NCBI GenBank assembly: GCA_965219535.1
Contig: CBDCNV010000001.1
Coordinates: forward strand, 2,070,001 to 2,102,000
DNA from: Opitutales bacterium
GTDB lineage: Bacteria; Verrucomicrobiota; Verrucomicrobiia; Opitutales; PNEW01
DNA length: 32,000 nt
Direction of reading: 5' to 3'
Part shown: in pieces, positions 28,434-32,000 of the stretch
Layout: each line of letters begins with the position of its first letter
Position numbering within the stretch: the first letter of the stretch is position 1
Notes under the pieces: generated by a model
The model's input: only the letters and a program-made list of their open reading frames with translations
What the model was told of the DNA's origin: nothing
Databases searched by the model: none
Program-made: the position numbers and the translations under genes

Positions 28434-30125
28434 CTAACGGTTTATCGACATGAGAAACTCAGCATTAGAGTTAGTTTTACGCACTCGCTGAATTAACATT
28501 TCAACTGCCTCGTCTGAGGGGACCCCCTTCATTGCTCGACGCATGGAGTAAATTTTTTCCAATTCATCAGGATGATAAAGCAATTCTTCCTTTCGGGTAC
28601 CGCTTCTCTCCAGGCTTAGTGAGGGGAATACGCGTTTATCAACGAGGCCGCGATCGAGATGCAATTCCATATTTCCAGTCCCCTTAAATTCTTCAAATAT
28701 CACTTCGTCCATCCTACTGCCTGTATCGATCAGGGCAGTCGCAATTATCGTGATGCTGCCCCCGCCTTCTATATTGCGTGCAGAGCCAAAAAATCGCTTT
28801 GGCTTCTGTAACGCGCTGGCTTCCACACCGCCGGAAAGAATTTTTCCGCTACTGGGCATGAGCGTATTATAAGCGCGTGCAAGACGCGTAATAGAGTCGA
28901 GAAGAATGACTACATGTTTATCGCATTCAACAAGTCGACGCGATTTTTCAATAACCATTTCTGCGGCATGAACATGGCTCCAGGCAGTCTCATCAAAAGT
29001 CGAGCTGATAACTTCTCCTTTTACCTGACGCTGAAAATCGGTCACTTCTTCTGGTCTCTCGTCAATAAGCAATACGATAAGATGAACATCCGGATTATTT
29101 TCCGCAATGGAATTAGCAATCCCTTGCAGAAGCACGGTCTTCCCGGTGCGAGGTGGCGCAACAATCAGTCCACGTTGACCTAAACCTATAGGTGTAAGTA
29201 AATCCACCACGCGCATCGATATGTTATCCCATGAAACACCTGAGTTGGTCTCTAGAAAAAATCGCTCCAACGGATAATAGGGAATCAGGTCTTCAAATGG
29301 AGTGACCTTACTGTTTTCTTCAGGGTCGCGATCCATTATTTTCAGAATCCGTAATGCAAAGGGACAAGTTTCGCCCTCGCGCTGTGGATGCACCTGCGCT
29401 TCAACGATATGCCCGCGTAAAAGCCCGTATCGATTAATTAAAGATAGGGGGACAAAAATATCATGCGGTTTAATCTGATAATTTTCATGCTGGAAAACAA
29501 TTAAGCCATAGCCTTCATCAGTAATTTCAAAGCACCCTCGGGCATGAAGAGGAACTTTACGTTCAAAATTAAGCTTTAAAATTTCACTGAATAAAACATT
29601 TCGGTTAGGTGCAGATTGATTATCAACACCAGCTTCCCGCGCTTCATCTGCCAACTGCAGTAAAGGCATAGCTAAATAGTCGTTAATGTATACGGGATCA
29701 CCACCTGTCCCTGAATCTGCAGCGAGTGTTTCTAGAGCACTTAAGTCATTAAACAGTTCGTACTCAGTCAGGCTTCCAACCTTAATCCCAGAATTATCAT
29801 ATTCGTCCCAACCAGCCCGTTTACTTTTTTTCTTTTTATTTTGCTTCTTCGGAAATGATCTATGCCTTTTAGACTGATTCCTTGAAGAATCCCTTTTGTG
29901 ATCAGACCTCGAAGATCTCGAATGTCTGCGATCAGAATTTGAATTATATTTTCTATCATCTTCTGTTCTGGATGAGTTGTCATTCCTTTCCCCTTTTGCT
30001 TCAGTTCCTTTCGAACCTCCATCACTTCCGTAATCCTCTGAAGAAGATTGAGATTGCTTACCGTCACCGGATACATCCCGTGTATCGGTCATCTCAATCT
30101 CTTCGTTATCTTTCGTTTTGGACAT
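28434..30125 (-). CDS. rho: transcription termination factor Rho with a long low-complexity N-terminal extension
   Basis: 563 aa. Rho core: [78 protein letters not shown]. The canonical Rho N-domain begins near residue ~147. Residues 1-~110 are rich in S/R/D/K/N. Confidence 0.95.
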   Translation of the reverse strand: MSKTKDNEEIEMTDTRDVSGDGKQSQSSSEDYGSDGGSKGTEAKGERNDNSSRTEDDRKYNSNSDRRHSRSSRSDHKRDSSRNQSKRHRSFPKKQNKKKKSKRAGWDEYDNSGIKVGSLTEYELFNDLSALETLAADSGTGGDPVYINDYLAMPLLQLADEAREAGVDNQSAPNRNVLFSEILKLNFERKVPLHARGCFEITDEGYGLIVFQHENYQIKPHDIFVPLSLINRYGLLRGHIVEAQVHPQREGETCPFALRILKIMDRDPEENSKVTPFEDLIPYYPLERFFLETNSGVSWDNISMRVVDLLTPIGLGQRGLIVAPPRTGKTVLLQGIANSIAENNPDVHLIVLLIDERPEEVTDFQRQVKGEVISSTFDETAWSHVHAAEMVIEKSRRLVECDKHVVILLDSITRLARAYNTLMPSSGKILSGGVEASALQKPKRFFGSARNIEGGGSITIIATALIDTGSRMDEVIFEEFKGTGNMELHLDRGLVDKRVFPSLSLERSGTRKEELLYHPDELEKIYSMRRAMKGVPSDEAVEMLIQRVRKTNSNAEFLMSINR

Positions 30126-30204
30126 AAATGTGTCCGCTTAATAGATTATAATATTATTAATGGGGAAGGAACCGCTTACTATTTGGTAGTTGGCGATTAT
30201 TTCC

Positions 30205-30786
30205 TCAGGAATGGTTTAACTGATGACAAAGCCTATTCACCTGCTCTTGGAGAAAATCGATATTTCCGTTATTGGTAAGAACAAAATCAGCGCGTTCGAT
30301 CTTATCAGCCGTGGATATTTGATTGGCGATACGGGCGTTAATGTCGCCCTCATCGAGTCCACGCTCCCTCAATCTCTTTACCTGAAGCGGAGTACTTGAA
30401 GCTATACAAACAGAAAAATCGAAGAGTTTTTCAAGCTTTTTCTCAAAAAGGAGCGGGATTTCTATCACCCAAAATGAGTGGGGATCAGCTTTCACTAAGG
30501 ACTGCCACATCGATTGAACTCTTGGGTGCAATAGATTTTCGAGCCATTCCCGCTCTTTTGGGTCATTAAAAATAATATGCGCAAGTTTTCCTCGATCTAT
30601 TCGATTAGCGTTGTCTTTCGCTTTATTGCCAAAATGTCGATCTATGGCCTCTTGCACCTCCTTATCACCACTGAGAAGCTTTTTGACCAAACTATCAACA
30701 TCAACCACTTGGGCACCATATTCTCGGAAATATTTAAGTGCCGTTGATTTTCCACAGCCGATAGATCCTGTTAATCCGAGTAGCAT
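30205..30786 (-). CDS. coaE: dephospho-CoA kinase
   Basis: 193 aa. N-terminal P-loop GLTGSIGCGKST, and a length and layout typical of CoaE. Confidence 0.88.
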   Translation of the reverse strand: MLLGLTGSIGCGKSTALKYFREYGAQVVDVDSLVKKLLSGDKEVQEAIDRHFGNKAKDNANRIDRGKLAHIIFNDPKEREWLENLLHPRVQSMWQSLVKADPHSFWVIEIPLLFEKKLEKLFDFSVCIASSTPLQVKRLRERGLDEGDINARIANQISTADKIERADFVLTNNGNIDFLQEQVNRLCHQLNHS

Positions 30787-31166
30787 AGAAGTCTAAAAAT
30801 GATTCGGTGACCTTTGAGCGCGAAAAGTCCGAATCTGGATATGAGGATAAGATAGTGATAATTGCTCTTCATTTTTATACAGCGCGAACGTTTGAGCTAT
30901 TATGGGTGTCTACCGTTTAATAATCGCTACTTAAAAAATAGCTGCAATCTGGTAGTCGCTGTTGTAGTAAAATTAGCCCATCTGGTTACCGGTCGTCAAG
31001 AGCATTTCAAAAGGTCATGTCATCTATTAAAAGAATAGACAGTTATTAGAAATAAACCGCTGTTTTATTAAAAACATGTATAATATGAAATAATCGACAT
31101 AATAAAATTTATGTTAAGAAAAGCTTTTCAATTATCAATTTTTGCAAATCATCACTTTATGCGACT

Positions 31167-31415
31167 TTGCTCTATTTACCAATATTACTTATAATGAATA
31201 AGTCCGACCCAGCTCCAGATTCCTTAAGAAAACTTATCCACGACCTAAATGGAGAATTATTTCTTATCCGTGGTCACTTGGATTTAATGCATGGTGAGAT
31301 AAAAAACAACCCGCAGGTAATGGAAAATTACGACAAAATTCAAGAACGCCTGGATGAAGTGCAAATGATTATAAAAAAAATGCGTCAAAAACAGCACGCG
31401 ATAGAATCTCCTTAA
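31167..31415 (+). CDS. small hypothetical protein resembling a stand-alone histidine-kinase DHp/H-box helix pair
   Basis: 82-aa track ORF with a TTG start; the in-frame ATG at 31194 is more likely. LRKLIHDLNGELFLIRGHLDLM resembles the (A/I)HDFNNxLxxIxGxxxL H-box. The remainder is helical and charged. There is no ATPase domain. Confidence 0.4.
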   Translation: MLYLPILLIMNKSDPAPDSLRKLIHDLNGELFLIRGHLDLMHGEIKNNPQVMENYDKIQERLDEVQMIIKKMRQKQHAIESP

Positions 31416-31505
31416 GAATTGTGGCCCGATAGACCTCCTCAATTGTCAATTTCTCTATCTGATTGTATGTGACATTTATTGTCTGTCGCCAAAAGTAATA
31501 GTTTT

Positions 31506-32000
31506 ATGAACAAGCAAAAAAGTGGCTCCCTGTCTGAGGCGGAACAATTTGAGAAAATTAAAACAAGAATTTACGACACTAGTAAAAGAGCGTGTCGTGG
31601 AATCGCGAGGGAAATTGATACGCTCATCCGGGAGAAACAAAATAAAGGAGAGCCCACTGTCCTCGGTCTAGCCACAGGTTCAACCCCCGTTAATCTTTAC
31701 CGTGAATTGATTAAACTGCACAATGATGAAGGGTTGAGTTTTAAGAACGTTCATACTTTTAACCTCGATGAATATTATCCAATCGAGAAAAATCATCGCG
31801 AAAGCTACAACCGCTTTATGCATGAGCAGCTTTTTCAACATATTGATATTCCTAAAAAAAATATTCATCTTATCGACGGAAGCATTTCACGCCAGGATGT
31901 TTTTACCTCCTGTCAAGAATTTGAAAATGCAATCAAAGCAATTGGTGGTATTGATTTACAAATACTGGGTATCGGACGCACCGGACACATTGGGTTCAAT
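31506..32000 (+). CDS. nagB: glucosamine-6-phosphate deaminase, 5' part (runs off the window)
   Basis: Not in the track because it has no stop inside the window. Manual translation from ATG 31506: MNKQKSGSLSEAEQFEKIKTRIYDTS...VLGLATGSTPVNLYRELIKL...FNLDEYYPI...SYNRFMHEQLFQHIDIP...GGIDLQILGIGRTGHIGFN, which are classic NagB blocks. Open to base 32000. Confidence 0.85.
   Translation, partial: MNKQKSGSLSEAEQFEKIKTRIYDTSKRACRGIAREIDTLIREKQNKGEPTVLGLATGSTPVNLYRELIKLHNDEGLSFKNVHTFNLDEYYPIEKNHRESYNRFMHEQLFQHIDIPKKNIHLIDGSISRQDVFTSCQEFENAIKAIGGIDLQILGIGRTGHIGFN

Noticed and set aside
1-32000. CRISPR arrays, rRNA and tRNA genes, integrons, prophage or defence-island hallmarks, and recurring TTAATTAA octamers (e.g. 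near 9633, 25154, 28133, 29436).
   Set aside because: No regularly spaced direct repeats, conserved RNA motifs or att/integrase features were seen. The octamer count is only slightly above the rough expectation for this base composition, and the sites show no consistent placement.

Overview
Moderately AT-rich chromosomal window from a bacterium that makes LPS, so it has a Gram-negative-type envelope. There is no clear Shine-Dalgarno usage, and a PVC-like lineage is only a low-confidence guess. Most of the window is housekeeping: a Gfo/Idh/MocA oxidoreductase, a class II fumarase-family lyase, YjbQ, a polyprenyl synthase, a CPBP protease, tilS-ftsH, serS, rho, coaE and the nagB 5' end. Three regions are less ordinary. 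(1) 5161-7543 is an ECF sigma / membrane anti-sigma candidate / HtrA-PDZ operon in which the HtrA homolog has lost all three catalytic-triad residues. (2) 15324-21071 is an LPS block: a WaaC-like GT9, a single 633-aa ORF fusing an LpxL-type lipid A acyltransferase to a WaaF-like GT9, a Zn-ribbon SAM methyltransferase, and an MsbA-like exporter. (3) 21266-28391 is a type IV pilus / T2SS-like motor cluster (pilB-like, pilT, second pilB/gspE-like, pilC/gspF-like) that looks decayed. One assembly ATPase is split by a 1345-bp IS3-family element with a 4-bp target duplication. The other ATPase is frameshifted near its 5' end. The platform gene lacks its usual N-terminus. The IS itself carries in-frame TGA stops in both transposase ORFs. 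Other points: Rho has a ~145-aa charged low-complexity N-terminal extension; an 82-aa ORF resembles a stand-alone histidine-kinase DHp/H-box domain; and the left edge holds a translationally coupled pair of unknown genes. I found no rRNA, tRNA or CRISPR array, and no clearly novel multi-gene system.
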